Origin: an uncultured virus (IMG/VR IMGVR_UViG_3300036836_000008)
Taxonomy: Duplodnaviria; Heunggongvirae; Uroviricota; Caudoviricetes
DNA: 64,000 nucleotides
Virus record (IMG/VR): IMGVR_UViG_3300036836_000008
Reading direction: 5' to 3' (one strand)
Shown here: positions 36,570 through 46,773 of the stretch, piece by piece
Numbering within the stretch: position 1 is the stretch's first letter
Layout of the letters: every line of letters starts with the position of its first letter
Made by a program: the position numbers and the translations under genes
The notes under the pieces: generated by a model
The model's database searches: none
Told to the model about the DNA's origin: nothing
The model's input: the letters and a program-made list of their open reading frames with translations, nothing else

Positions 36570-36946
36570 ATATTAACCTTCTGTCTTCTTTTCTTTGATT
36601 CCTGCTTGCTTAGCACATTCTCCCTTATGGATATCCCACTTCTGGCCGTCTTCGTCTTCTGCGGCTGTCTCAACAGTAACCTGCTCAAAACAGATTTCGC
36701 ACATGTTGCCCCACTGGGGATGATTAACTGTCACTTTTTAGCTCCTGGAAGGTAACAGTAATTTGTGCACGACCGATCATGTCATCTACACGACGATAAA
36801 GTTCGTCTCTCTCATCATTAGACATCTGATAAAAGCGATCCTCATCATAGAAAAAGTTATCTGTCATCTCTACTACACTAAGAAACTCAGTATAGTCTAC
36901 TTGTGAAATGAGAATGTTTGTGGCAATAAGTTTAACGGTGCCTTCA

Positions 36947-37402
36947 TCAATTTCCACGGATTTTCCTTAATAAGTCTTGTGCTGGTGGATTCTTGAGGTA
37001 GTCTATGTATCGCTGAAGTCTCAGGATAGCATGACCTTGTGAATCGCCTACTTGACCAATAAGAGAGTTGCATGGACTGCAAATCAATCCTCGAATACAC
37101 TTACCACAAATAGGCGGTGCCGGACAGCAACTGTGATCATGGTCTACGGAGAGCTTCTTGCTCAATCCTCTGTTGCCGGTCCAACTACCACAAGTATAGC
37201 ACATCCCGCCCTGAGCTTCATACAGCGCATCGTACTCACCATCGCTTAAGTTGTACATCTTCAACATTCTGTTAGAATGATTTTTAGTACGTAAGTCCTT
37301 TTTTCTAGCCCGATGGCATGTAGTACAACGAGGGCCAGGATAAGGCAACTTTCTTGTAGTAGACTTACAGTCTTTACAAGCTTTTACTTTAGTTGTCGCC
37401 AT
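36947..37402 (-). CDS. endonuclease VII family (possible Holliday junction resolvase)
   Basis: Q.G.C..C...VDHDH.CC...RGL.C..CN..IG. Confidence 0.85.
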   Translation of the reverse strand: MATTKVKACKDCKSTTRKLPYPGPRCTTCHRARKKDLRTKNHSNRMLKMYNLSDGEYDALYEAQGGMCYTCGSWTGNRGLSKKLSVDHDHSCCPAPPICGKCIRGLICSPCNSLIGQVGDSQGHAILRLQRYIDYLKNPPAQDLLRKIRGN

Positions 37403-37449
37403 TATCCTGACCCTCTCATACGCTATTTAGTTGTTCTAGTATATCAGAC

Positions 37450-38346
37450 TTACAGACCTTTTAGAAGTGTTTCTAGATCTGTAGCATCGCTATCACTAGA
37501 GGTTGTAGCTTCAGGCTTTGAATCCTTAGGCTCATCTAGAAGAGTTGACAGACCAGCGTCTAGGTTGCGCTCAGCACCAGCTAGATCATCTGAATTTGAC
37601 TCACCCCTAGTGCCGTTAACCTGATCCCAGGCACGCTTAACCTTGTCAACCTCATCATGCATCCAATCAGCCTTCATCTTACGGCCTAGGAATGCAGAAA
37701 GGTCATCTACCTTGTTTTCTGCAACAATCTCATCGAAAGCAGCGCTGGATGCATCACTTTCGGAACGCTTAACCTGAGGAGAAGTAATGATCTTGTACTT
37801 CTGGAACAGCTTGTTCTCACAAGGACCAAGAATGAAGTCTACATTCTCAGGATCGTTATCCTTTACCTCGTCAAGAAGGTCTACGATTTCACCAAACTTC
37901 TGATCGGTGAACGCCCAAATCTTGACAGAGCCCTGGAAATTCTTGGTTGGCTTGGAAGTGCCGTTAGTAGCGTACTGGAATACGTGCATAGCGTAACGAC
38001 GCTTAGGAGCTGCAAACATATCTGGAGCTTCCTGAGCTGCCTTACATAGCGGGCAGTTCTTTGGATCAACTCCACGTTCCTTAACTACATCCGCATCACC
38101 TACACAGATAGGGTTTGATACGAAGTCGAAATCCATCTGGCGCTCAGTGCCACCACCCTTTGACTGGACGGTCTTGTAAACAACTTCACCGTTTACAATC
38201 TTAGGCTTGCGAACGTTGTGGACGAATGCTGAATCAGGAGCCTCATAGATGTGAATACGGGCGGTCTCATCCTGATCGAGCTTCAGCTTAGGGAAGCTGT
38301 CAAATGTACGAGCTTTGTTCTCAGACTTAAATTCGATTCTAGCCAT
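37450..38346 (-). CDS. single-stranded DNA-binding protein (gp32-like)
   Basis: H...C..CPLC Zn motif, acidic tail, located near recA. Confidence 0.6.
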   Translation of the reverse strand: MARIEFKSENKARTFDSFPKLKLDQDETARIHIYEAPDSAFVHNVRKPKIVNGEVVYKTVQSKGGGTERQMDFDFVSNPICVGDADVVKERGVDPKNCPLCKAAQEAPDMFAAPKRRYAMHVFQYATNGTSKPTKNFQGSVKIWAFTDQKFGEIVDLLDEVKDNDPENVDFILGPCENKLFQKYKIITSPQVKRSESDASSAAFDEIVAENKVDDLSAFLGRKMKADWMHDEVDKVKRAWDQVNGTRGESNSDDLAGAERNLDAGLSTLLDEPKDSKPEATTSSDSDATDLETLLKGL

Positions 38347-38425
38347 TTAATTCTACCTTTTCTCTTGGTTCTGAGCGAACACTTTTGGATCGCTTCATCT
38401 ATTATCCCATGTCAGCCGGGCTACG

Positions 38426-38920
38426 TCAAGCGCTGAAGTACTCTTGTTGTGAGAAGTCCAGCCTTTTGCGCAGATCTTGCCTTACCTTATCCAACCCATA
38501 ATAATGAAGTCTGATAACGTTCACAGCCTCATCAGCAAATGCCTGGAGTTCTTCTTCCCTACGTAGTTGCCGAGCTGTCTCTAGCGTAGCTAGATTAGCT
38601 TCTGCTGCACGTTCTTTACCTGTTGAATATTCATTGACAGCAAATTTTTTAACAGGTTTGACAATTACCTTATCCCACTCCTCTTGGTATTGCATCTTAA
38701 ATGCAGCAACCTTGCGATCAGCTAAAGCCTTGATTCGCATAGCAAGCGCTAACTGCTTTTCGATTTCTGACAGAGTAGGTGAGAGATTTACGAAGGCTGA
38801 GTGCACATCAGTTATTGGGGCATCGAAGTTTGGTACATACACACTGAAACGTAGCTGTATTACTTTTTCAATCTGTTCAGTCAGTTGCTGATAGAGTTTC
38901 TGCCAAGCCTCTGCGCTCAA
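38426..38920 (-). CDS. helical protein, possible UvsY-like mediator
   Basis: coiled coil, T..ER.AEA; synteny with SSB/RecA. Confidence 0.4.
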   Translation of the reverse strand: MSAEAWQKLYQQLTEQIEKVIQLRFSVYVPNFDAPITDVHSAFVNLSPTLSEIEKQLALAMRIKALADRKVAAFKMQYQEEWDKVIVKPVKKFAVNEYSTGKERAAEANLATLETARQLRREEELQAFADEAVNVIRLHYYGLDKVRQDLRKRLDFSQQEYFSA

Positions 38921-39470
38921 TGCCTTCTCTTTCCATGATTGCGTGAACTTCAGATTCTACATGAGCTATATCTGAATCATTCCAGATCTCGTAGTCTCTA
39001 TATGGGAACACATCACGAGATTCGGATGCGTGACCATCTGATTCTACACCAGGGCGCTCGATCCACACAATAGCTCCACCGATCTTCTCTACAAATTTCG
39101 CCTCGTTAACGAATCTGCAATCGGTGACTACATAGCGTGTAGCAGGATGAGCCATATCAGGAAAACGCTTATCAACGATATCTACCCAAACATTTTCACC
39201 ATAAAAATTCCTACCAGCTTCGGTGCCAATAACCTGAAGAAGCCTACGGATTTCAGGAATTTCACGCTTAACAAGGTCCCATCCATAATGCTCTACTAAA
39301 GCAGATAGGCGAGAAACACCTTCAGGTACAATAACGATAGGGTCGATAATCAAAGCCATTTCACGTACAGCATCAGCAAATGCGACTTTAGTAAAGCCAT
39401 ACTGCTCAATCAGCACACTAGCTGCGGTATCTTTACCACTCCCCTTAAGACCACTAAACGCTACCAGCAC
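38877..39470 (-). CDS. deoxynucleoside monophosphate kinase
   Basis: GLKGSGKDT, FAD, LQ..GTE.GR, DCRF.NE, HASE. Confidence 0.9.
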   Translation of the reverse strand: MLVAFSGLKGSGKDTAASVLIEQYGFTKVAFADAVREMALIIDPIVIVPEGVSRLSALVEHYGWDLVKREIPEIRRLLQVIGTEAGRNFYGENVWVDIVDKRFPDMAHPATRYVVTDCRFVNEAKFVEKIGGAIVWIERPGVESDGHASESRDVFPYRDYEIWNDSDIAHVESEVHAIMEREGIERRGLAETLSATD

Positions 39471-39765
39471 TTACTTTCTCCCTACGATTGATGGCCTCTA
39501 CCCAAGCTACTGCAACCGCAGCAACCTGAATTAATTCTGTGCGAAGCTTAGCTTCATCGTCTTCTGCTACAGCTTCATAAACTTCCTCAAGAAGAATGTC
39601 TCTCCAAGAAAGCCCACCTACATCTGCTAGAAAGTCTGTGCGCACTCGCTGTTCATCAGCCATACGCTTCATCACAGGCCCGCCAGTCCCATCATCATGA
39701 TTCTGCTCGCCCCACTTGGCGTCCTGAGCTTTACGCTCAGCAGCTACTTCATCAAGAACTGACAC
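39454..39765 (-). CDS. MazG-like NTP pyrophosphohydrolase
   Basis: ER..QD.KWGEQNH, ILLEEV.E, ELIQVAAV. Confidence 0.7.
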   Translation of the reverse strand: MSVLDEVAAERKAQDAKWGEQNHDDGTGGPVMKRMADEQRVRTDFLADVGGLSWRDILLEEVYEAVAEDDEAKLRTELIQVAAVAVAWVEAINRREKVSAGSV

Positions 39766-40320
39766 TGTACTTTTCCTTTAGCTTGTTTAGGTGGTCCTTG
39801 AACTTCTGGCCTAGCTCTGCTGCGGTAAAGTTGCTTGTTACGCCCATAGTCTCCATTTTCAGAGTTACAAGCCACTCTGCCTGAAGGCTGAGCATAAGGA
39901 ACTTATCTGCAACTTTTAGATCGATAGGATCAATGCCTGCCTCTACAGCGTTGGCCTGAATATCTGATTCATCCAGCTCAACATCAAACTTGACCCATCG
40001 TCCATCTCGGGTCTCGGCGCTTCCGCCTCGAACTACTCTCACTCGTCTTCCTCCATAAGTAATTCTTCATCAAAGAATTCAATAAAGACTTTCCCAGTAA
40101 AATCTACTATGCGTGCCTGTCCTGTTTGAAGGTTGAGCTGCCAATCAGCGAAGTCAATACTACACCCACAAGATAGTTTGATTGTCTGACTTTCTTGGAT
40201 TGCTCCATTTTCTGTCAGAACATATCTAATCTCGTTGACGTAAGTATTGACTTCGCTGTTGCAGTTATGACACCTTACTGAAAACTCTTTGCACATGCAT
40301 CAAGTCTAGCAAGATCATAG

Positions 40321-42756
40321 CTATAATGCAAGGTCATCCAGCACAAGCTCTTTAGCGACCTCTTGCTTGTAGCGTATCGTAGCGCCTCCAAAAACTAGTG
40401 ATACGATACGCTGATGTTTTTCTGGATTGAGTCCACAGGTCACTCCTAACAACACCTCACCTTCAGGTGTATTAAGAATAATCTCAGAGCCGCCAGGAAC
40501 CTTATCTACTACCCTCATGAAATTACTGTATTGTTCTTCAGTTGGCATCTGTACAATCTCGATAACGAGAGTCTCAGATTCTTCAGTTTGAAGTGTAGGT
40601 AAGTATGTATCCCTCGGAGATTCGTCCTCAACTACCTGTTCTAGGGTCTCAGATTCTTCAGTTTGAAGTGTAGGTAAGTATGTATTCCTCAGGGAACTGG
40701 TGAACTCAGGTCCACCTTCTACCTTAATAGTTCCATCTTCCAGAACTTCAATTTCCTTTACAGATCCCCAACGCTTTCCTAGATGCCAGTCAGCTTTCAT
40801 CATAGGCCATCCTGGTACCGGGAAAATTACTGCTGGCTGAAGTACCTTAATGACATCTGCTGGGTTAAGGCTACGATGAACATAGAATTCAAGAGCATCA
40901 TGAACATTCATGAACAACTTTACTTTATTCTGCCAGCCCATCTTACGAATAGCCTTACGCGCACGCACCATAGCGATACGTACATAGTCACCTGTTGCAC
41001 CACCCTGTACAGGATAATTGAAGCAAGCACGTTCACCGCCCTCACGAATCCATCGACGAGAATCTTCAAGTTCCCAAATAGGAATCTTGCGGCCGAATAC
41101 AGTAAATACATAACCATGGTTATACCCGTATTCCACCTGCTTTTCTGTCCAACGCTTTAGCTTAGGGAATGCTGCGAAGTACTGTGCAAACAGCTCCTCA
41201 GCCTCTTGGATGGAGCAGTTAAGGCGTTTAGCAAGAGCAGATGCGGTCATACCGAATAGAAGACCGAAACCAATAGTCTTAGCCTTTGAACGGTATTCCT
41301 TGGTCACCTTATCCTTAGGTAGCTTGAACATCATCATAGCTACCTTGGTGTGAACATCTTCACCTGTTTCGAACGCTTCAATCAATGCTGATTCATTAGC
41401 CAAACCGGCGGCTGCACGATACTCAGCCTGAGACAAGTCGAACCCCAGAATGTAGTAATCATCTGGTGCGATTACAGCATCACGGAAATTCAATTTGAAA
41501 CTTTCTCCGTTGCTTAGTTTATAATAGTAACTAAGTGGAGTTCCATCATCATCCTTCAGGTTTACTGACGGCTGATTCTGCTGATTTGGATTAGCAGATG
41601 AGAATCGAGCTGTACGAACATAGCTCTGGTTAAGTGATGGATGCACCATTCCATCTGGTGCGTATCCGTAATCTTTAGGGTACTTGTCAAGAAATGATGT
41701 AGTCAGACGCTTCATATTCTTATAGTTAGAAATTTTCTTAACTACAGGATTCTGTTCTGCTAGAATGTCTAGAGCCATCTTGCCGGTAGACATCTTCTTG
41801 TCTTCCTTGGCTGCGCCCTTGGTGCTTGTGGTGTAGACGTTCACGGTCAAACCTAGACGATCGAACAAGATTTCAGATAGCTGCTTTGGGCTACCTAGAT
41901 TTACGTTCAATTTAGTTCCAGGCATGCCTAGTAGTTCAGCTAGCTCAGCCTGAATTTCATCATTTAATTTGGCTGTGAAGTCCTTAGCGCGTGCAGACGC
42001 TTCCTGCATGAAATACCAGTCATAGCGAATGCCGCAATCTTCCATTTCAGCAATGACATAAACAATTTCCATGTCAACCTGATAAACAAATTGATCTTTA
42101 ATCTTAGGATAGGTGTCCTCGTGATGTGCAAGACACCATAGCGCATCTTCACATGCATACGTAACTACTTGTTCGTTAAGACTTAGAATATTGAATCGGA
42201 AAGCTTTTTTCTTTTTCTCAGTAAGGTGCTCGAACAGCTCTTCGAACTTGATCATGCGGTGTCCGAATTTGTTCAGAGTCAATCCCTTAAGATCGAAATC
42301 CTGAAAACGTCTCTCAATATAAGCTTCCACCTGGGTATCAGATCGCGCAGGAAAATATCCATTACTTTCACGAACTTCCTCACCAAAAAGCGGGTGATCG
42401 GATAGCATTTCACGAAAGAATCTAGCCATGCGCCTAAGTTCGAAGCCTAGGTTATGTGCTACCAGCAGACCGGTCTTGAATGCGTTCCATAAAATTACAG
42501 CAACCTCAAGATGGTCTGTAATGTTATCATCAAAATCATGAGCTAGAGGACAATATCTCGCCCATGTCAAAGAGTTTGTGTAGCTGAAACCTACTAATAG
42601 GTTTGTCTCCAACTTAAGAGCGCCGCGATCTTCATCTTCTCCACGATATCCTGTTTCAATGTCGAATCCGAACGGCTTTCCTTCATCTACGATCTTATTG
42701 AAATGCTGACGTAGTTCATCAACAGATCGTACAATGCCATAATTTTTTGTAGACAA
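40321..42756 (-). CDS. polA: family A DNA polymerase with 3'-5' exonuclease
   Basis: FDIET, HN..F, YACED, T.RFSS..PN.QN, DLSQAEYR, R..AK...FG..FG, VHD. Confidence 0.95.
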   Translation of the reverse strand: MSTKNYGIVRSVDELRQHFNKIVDEGKPFGFDIETGYRGEDEDRGALKLETNLLVGFSYTNSLTWARYCPLAHDFDDNITDHLEVAVILWNAFKTGLLVAHNLGFELRRMARFFREMLSDHPLFGEEVRESNGYFPARSDTQVEAYIERRFQDFDLKGLTLNKFGHRMIKFEELFEHLTEKKKKAFRFNILSLNEQVVTYACEDALWCLAHHEDTYPKIKDQFVYQVDMEIVYVIAEMEDCGIRYDWYFMQEASARAKDFTAKLNDEIQAELAELLGMPGTKLNVNLGSPKQLSEILFDRLGLTVNVYTTSTKGAAKEDKKMSTGKMALDILAEQNPVVKKISNYKNMKRLTTSFLDKYPKDYGYAPDGMVHPSLNQSYVRTARFSSANPNQQNQPSVNLKDDDGTPLSYYYKLSNGESFKLNFRDAVIAPDDYYILGFDLSQAEYRAAAGLANESALIEAFETGEDVHTKVAMMMFKLPKDKVTKEYRSKAKTIGFGLLFGMTASALAKRLNCSIQEAEELFAQYFAAFPKLKRWTEKQVEYGYNHGYVFTVFGRKIPIWELEDSRRWIREGGERACFNYPVQGGATGDYVRIAMVRARKAIRKMGWQNKVKLFMNVHDALEFYVHRSLNPADVIKVLQPAVIFPVPGWPMMKADWHLGKRWGSVKEIEVLEDGTIKVEGGPEFTSSLRNTYLPTLQTEESETLEQVVEDESPRDTYLPTLQTEESETLVIEIVQMPTEEQYSNFMRVVDKVPGGSEIILNTPEGEVLLGVTCGLNPEKHQRIVSLVFGGATIRYKQEVAKELVLDDLAL
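40571..40688 (-). repeat. in-frame 40-bp duplication carrying 24-bp motif copies 2 and 3
   Basis: 40571-40610 = 40646-40685 (period 75); encodes TYLPTLQTEESETL twice. Confidence 0.9.
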
Positions 42757-42799
42757 TGCATTCTCCTATCGTGCGACACTTGATTACTGGAGAGGTCGC

Positions 42800-43267
42800 T
42801 TAAACTCCATAAATTACTTCATCAATTTTAGTCTTATCGGCATGGCAGGCGCTACACAGAATCTGCAAATTAGTCTGATGATGCCTACAGCTAAAGCGAG
42901 ACTTATCTCCCTGTCTAGGGATGATGTGGTCACACGTCAGTATACCACCTCGAAGCTTGATGATCGACTCGCACAGGCCACAGTTTGCACATAGCGCATG
43001 ACGAGTCTCATGGTCTTTTCTGACACAATTGCATCTACCACGAGCTAACTTAACAGCTAATTGACGTGCCAAAAAATAACGGTGCTGCAAGCGCCATGCT
43101 TCTAAGCATGCACCTGAGCACCATCTTTTTTGAACTGGATCTAGTTTGGATGAGCACCATCGGCACTCATCCTCAAAGCCTGACCAACTAGAAAGATCAC
43201 AATGTAAAGGATTCACACTCATAGAAAGAATCCTCAAAGTGCTGCAAGCAACAGCGCTGAAATCCAC
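42800..43267 (-). CDS. HNH endonuclease with extra Zn motif
   Basis: CRWC..WCS..C, DHIIP, NLQILC..CH..KT. Confidence 0.85.
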   Translation of the reverse strand: MDFSAVACSTLRILSMSVNPLHCDLSSWSGFEDECRWCSSKLDPVQKRWCSGACLEAWRLQHRYFLARQLAVKLARGRCNCVRKDHETRHALCANCGLCESIIKLRGGILTCDHIIPRQGDKSRFSCRHHQTNLQILCSACHADKTKIDEVIYGV

Positions 43268-43698
43268 AGACAGAAATGATGTAATGCCTGGTCTGCCTGA
43301 TACATTCCATTAATAGGGGTCTTCATCTTAGCAAAATTAGGACTGCCTACCAGCTCAAGAATTTTTCGAACAGGCCAGCGTCTATCAAGAAATCCATGGG
43401 TTACAGCAGAAAATGCAAAAGCTGCAATAAGTCCCAACCATGTTAACGGCAGACCCAAAACAACCCAAGTAATCAAAAACATAAACAGCATTACTAAGTG
43501 GTAAGCTATGACATGACTAATTAAAGCAACCCAACCTGATATACCCGGTTGCATTTTATTAGTGGCCTGATGGTCATTTTGACCGAACACGTGATCTGCT
43601 ACGTTATGAGCTGCATAAAACACAGCTAATCCCGCAGCAAACACAAGAGCTTCCATTAGAGAGTTCCGTTCCTGGCAGCCTGACCTAGAGCCTTCCAC
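43234..43698 (-). CDS. DUF3307 membrane protein
   Basis: H.VADH..Q, TH...DRRWPV, DQALH. Confidence 0.8.
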   Translation of the reverse strand: MEGSRSGCQERNSLMEALVFAAGLAVFYAAHNVADHVFGQNDHQATNKMQPGISGWVALISHVIAYHLVMLFMFLITWVVLGLPLTWLGLIAAFAFSAVTHGFLDRRWPVRKILELVGSPNFAKMKTPINGMYQADQALHHFCLWISALLLAAL

Positions 43699-43869
43699 TT
43701 GTTGTGGACTTCACGAGCCTCAGAAGGAGTCATGGCTCCCTTAGCGCCGAAATCGTGGCGCTTAGCCCAATCCAAGTAAAGCTCCTCATAAGTCATTTCC
43801 CAGGAATGCTTAACCTCTGTGTTGTTGCTCAAAATTACTCCTTATTATCAGCCTTACAATACTTCTAAG

Positions 43870-43942
43870 TAGCGATGGTGGGGGTCGAACCCACGCTGGA
43901 CGGGTTTTGAATCCGTTGCCTCTACCTTTGGGCTACATCGCC
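43870..43942 (-). tRNA. tRNA-Leu(CAA)
   Basis: loop TTCAAAA, Leu-type D loop. Confidence 0.85.
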
Positions 43943-43946
43943 AAGC

Positions 43947-44017
43947 GTCCCCTAACTACCCTTCCGGGTCCTCCTATGTCAGCTAACCGGTACCTGTCGC
44001 TGACCCCCTTCGGGGAC
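43947..44017 (-). ncRNA. promoter-initiated small structured RNA
   Basis: GTCCCC/GGGGAC, GTCAGC/GCTGAC, ACCC/GGGT; TTGCAG-N17-TAAGAT upstream. Confidence 0.45.
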
Positions 44018-44284
44018 AAATCTATCTTATCAGACTTCAGCAGAATCTGCAACTGTAGACTCTACAAGAGTAATACCATAATTGCTTAGAGTGTCTGAAT
44101 CTGCTGTAAATACATCAGGTGGAGACATATCATACATATCCATCTGCCACCTACGTACTCTAGTGATCGGCTTGAGTACTAGCTCAGACCAAACGAAATC
44201 TGGAATGTCGTGACCTGCATGCTCAACATGACCATCAAGGTAGACAACCTTCCAGTCGTCGCCATCAATGATATCTAGAATCAT

Positions 44285-44665
44285 CTAGTAAACTCTTTCT
44301 ACACTATAGCCACCAAGTTCATTGGTGTATACGATTTCCTTAATGCCTGCATCCACAATCGCCTTCATGCAATTAGTGCACGGACGAGAAATGGTAGACT
44401 CGCCAGCATTATTAACTCTGGCAATATAAATAGTGGTTCCCTTAAGCTCGATTCCGATTTTAGTAAGATCCTTGATTACGGCTGCCTCAGCGTGAACACT
44501 AACGTTATGTTCATCAACAGTAGGAGGATTACGAAACTTGTTAGGTGCGAACCCGATAACCTTGTTTCCCTTAGCTACTACTGCTCCATGCTTCCAACGA
44601 TACGTGCTACGCTGGGCAACCTTAATCGATCGGCGGATCAAGTTCTCATGACGTCTCATGAGCAT
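44285..44665 (-). CDS. cytidine/dCMP deaminase-family protein
   Basis: HGAV, HAE, PCTNC. Confidence 0.85.
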   Translation of the reverse strand: MLMRRHENLIRRSIKVAQRSTYRWKHGAVVAKGNKVIGFAPNKFRNPPTVDEHNVSVHAEAAVIKDLTKIGIELKGTTIYIARVNNAGESTISRPCTNCMKAIVDAGIKEIVYTNELGGYSVERVY

Positions 44666-44940
44666 GAGTCTAGCTTACAGACCTCGCTCGCGCAAGTCCT
44701 CATCTTCGGTGCCAGAGCTAGCTCTGTAATAGGATTCTAATTCCATCAGGATAGAATATTCAATATTGTCGTAATATGAGTCCCAAACTTTAACATCCCA
44801 CCAAGCATTATGAATCTTCACAAGATGTTCAGCTAGCGGAGTAAGGATATCATAACCTATGACAACAGCACCTGATACGATAAGTGCCAGACCTGCCACC
44901 TCTTCATCAGGTTCAGCACTCCAATAAGATTCTTCAACAT

Positions 44941-45480
44941 TTACCATAGTACTTTTCCTTGATTTAGGTAATGAATTGCATTACTTAATAGTTGTACTGA
45001 ATCTTTAAAGTGACCTAAGGCTACATTACAATTATGGCATAACAAACCTCTTACACACTTTCCGCAGGCATATCCTGCCTTATTTGCGTTTAAGTTATTA
45101 CAGCAAGTATGGTCGTGGTCAATGTCAAACCCCTTTTTTGAGGTAGGCGGCGTATTACATATAGCACAAACCCCTTTTTGCTTATCTAGCAAAATTAAAT
45201 ATTGCTCCATAGAAATACCTTGTACTCTGCGCAGCCTAGCATCTTTTAATTTATCAGCGTTAATTAATCCATACGCTCTCATTTTTGCTTTAGCTTCTTC
45301 ACTCAATTTTCGCTTTATGTGCGCAGTTTTCACTTGGTGACATTGTTTACAGTCGCCACGGAGTCTATTCGGATTAGACTTGCTTGGGTTTTTGTAAAAT
45401 TCTGTCTCTGGCTTACTAGTATTGCACTTCCTACAGACTCTCATAACCTGATCCCTTCTCTCTACCATATGTATCGGCAA
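44941..45480 (-). CDS. endonuclease VII-domain (likely homing) endonuclease
   Basis: CxxC..CxxC N-terminus, Q.G.CAIC, IDHDH, RGLLC..CN..LG; AT-richer than flanks. Confidence 0.85.
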   Translation of the reverse strand: MPIHMVERRDQVMRVCRKCNTSKPETEFYKNPSKSNPNRLRGDCKQCHQVKTAHIKRKLSEEAKAKMRAYGLINADKLKDARLRRVQGISMEQYLILLDKQKGVCAICNTPPTSKKGFDIDHDHTCCNNLNANKAGYACGKCVRGLLCHNCNVALGHFKDSVQLLSNAIHYLNQGKVLW

Positions 45481-45495
45481 GAGTTACTTTCAGGG

Positions 45496-46446
45496 TTACC
45501 ACAAAGCTATGAGAGATTCCATAACTCCTGTACGATTACCATCTCTCCAGGCTGCATCAATAACAGCCAGAAGTTGTCGATGGTATTTGATCTTATTGTT
45601 GTCGTAGTCTTTGACGGCTGACTTGAATCTTTTGATCAGGAATATCTTGATTCCTGTATTAGCTGCGATGTCACCATCATATGCACGCCTACGTACATGC
45701 TTGCCTATCTCCATCAGCATGTCAAGTCTATAATCTAGCTGTGATATAATTTTAGCTCTTTCTGATTCTGACATATTCTGTAGCGCTAGGTAAGCGTTTT
45801 TCTTATCCTTGAGTATCAGATAATCTGAAAACGGGTCTAACGCCAGCTCTTCGCACAATAAATCAATAGCTTTAGAGCTGGGGGAACCATTCCAAATATG
45901 AACCTTACGAAGAACATTCAAAATAGTAGTAACGTCACCAGATGTGCGTTCCACTAAATGCTCAGCAACCGCTGGATTCAAGCCGTATGTTTGAATCCAC
46001 TTTACAAGATCTTCATCATTAGGAGTAGAGCACTTTATGAATTTACCCTTAGTACGGATAAGTTCAATATGCTCTTGATATCCTTGCTTTTTCCCTTTTG
46101 TGAATACTGCTGGAGCATCAGCTTGAGATGCTACGAATATAATATAGTTGTTTGGAATGCTGCGAGAGTATTCGATCCACTCACTCAAGTAGCTCCAATC
46201 AACAATTAACTCAGCATCTCGTACAACAGTAAGCCTGTTAGCTCCTGCCTTCAAAGGATATTGGCTAGAGATTTCCCAAAATGCCTCTACTGAAGATACT
46301 TCTACATAATCAATAACTGGCACATCGAGAATTTTTTTGATGTCATCAACAACCAATTCTACTAAAGCTGGCTGATCACCACAGACATATGTAATTCTAG
46401 CTACTGAACCTTTGTCGGCATGTGCTCTCCACTGATTGAAATTCAT
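45496..46446 (-). CDS. clamp loader delta (HolA-like) subunit
   Basis: Y..GD...L, L.VVRDAE, L..WI, A..LVE..G.D; synteny. Confidence 0.55.
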   Translation of the reverse strand: MNFNQWRAHADKGSVARITYVCGDQPALVELVVDDIKKILDVPVIDYVEVSSVEAFWEISSQYPLKAGANRLTVVRDAELIVDWSYLSEWIEYSRSIPNNYIIFVASQADAPAVFTKGKKQGYQEHIELIRTKGKFIKCSTPNDEDLVKWIQTYGLNPAVAEHLVERTSGDVTTILNVLRKVHIWNGSPSSKAIDLLCEELALDPFSDYLILKDKKNAYLALQNMSESERAKIISQLDYRLDMLMEIGKHVRRRAYDGDIAANTGIKIFLIKRFKSAVKDYDNNKIKYHRQLLAVIDAAWRDGNRTGVMESLIALW

Positions 46447-46773
46447 AGGCCGACGCCTGGCCTCCCTGGAATTAGAAGGGTAGAAGGCTTTTGTACCAAA
46501 CCATTACGAACTTCAGCAAGTGCCGCATCTAGTTGCTCACGAATGGCAATTTCAAGATTTCTTACATAAACCAATTTAGAGTTTTCATCCAAGAACATCT
46601 CTACAATCAAGTCGATCTTAAGATTTGCTAGCATCGTAGGATCGACACCTTTACCTGATCTAGCTAATGCGTTGATTTTATTGATATTAGCTTGCTGAAG
46701 ATCTTTAATCTCTTTTAGTGCTGCTTGTTTGTCTGCTAGGAATTCTCCTACAGTTCTTTCTTCGTCTGACATG

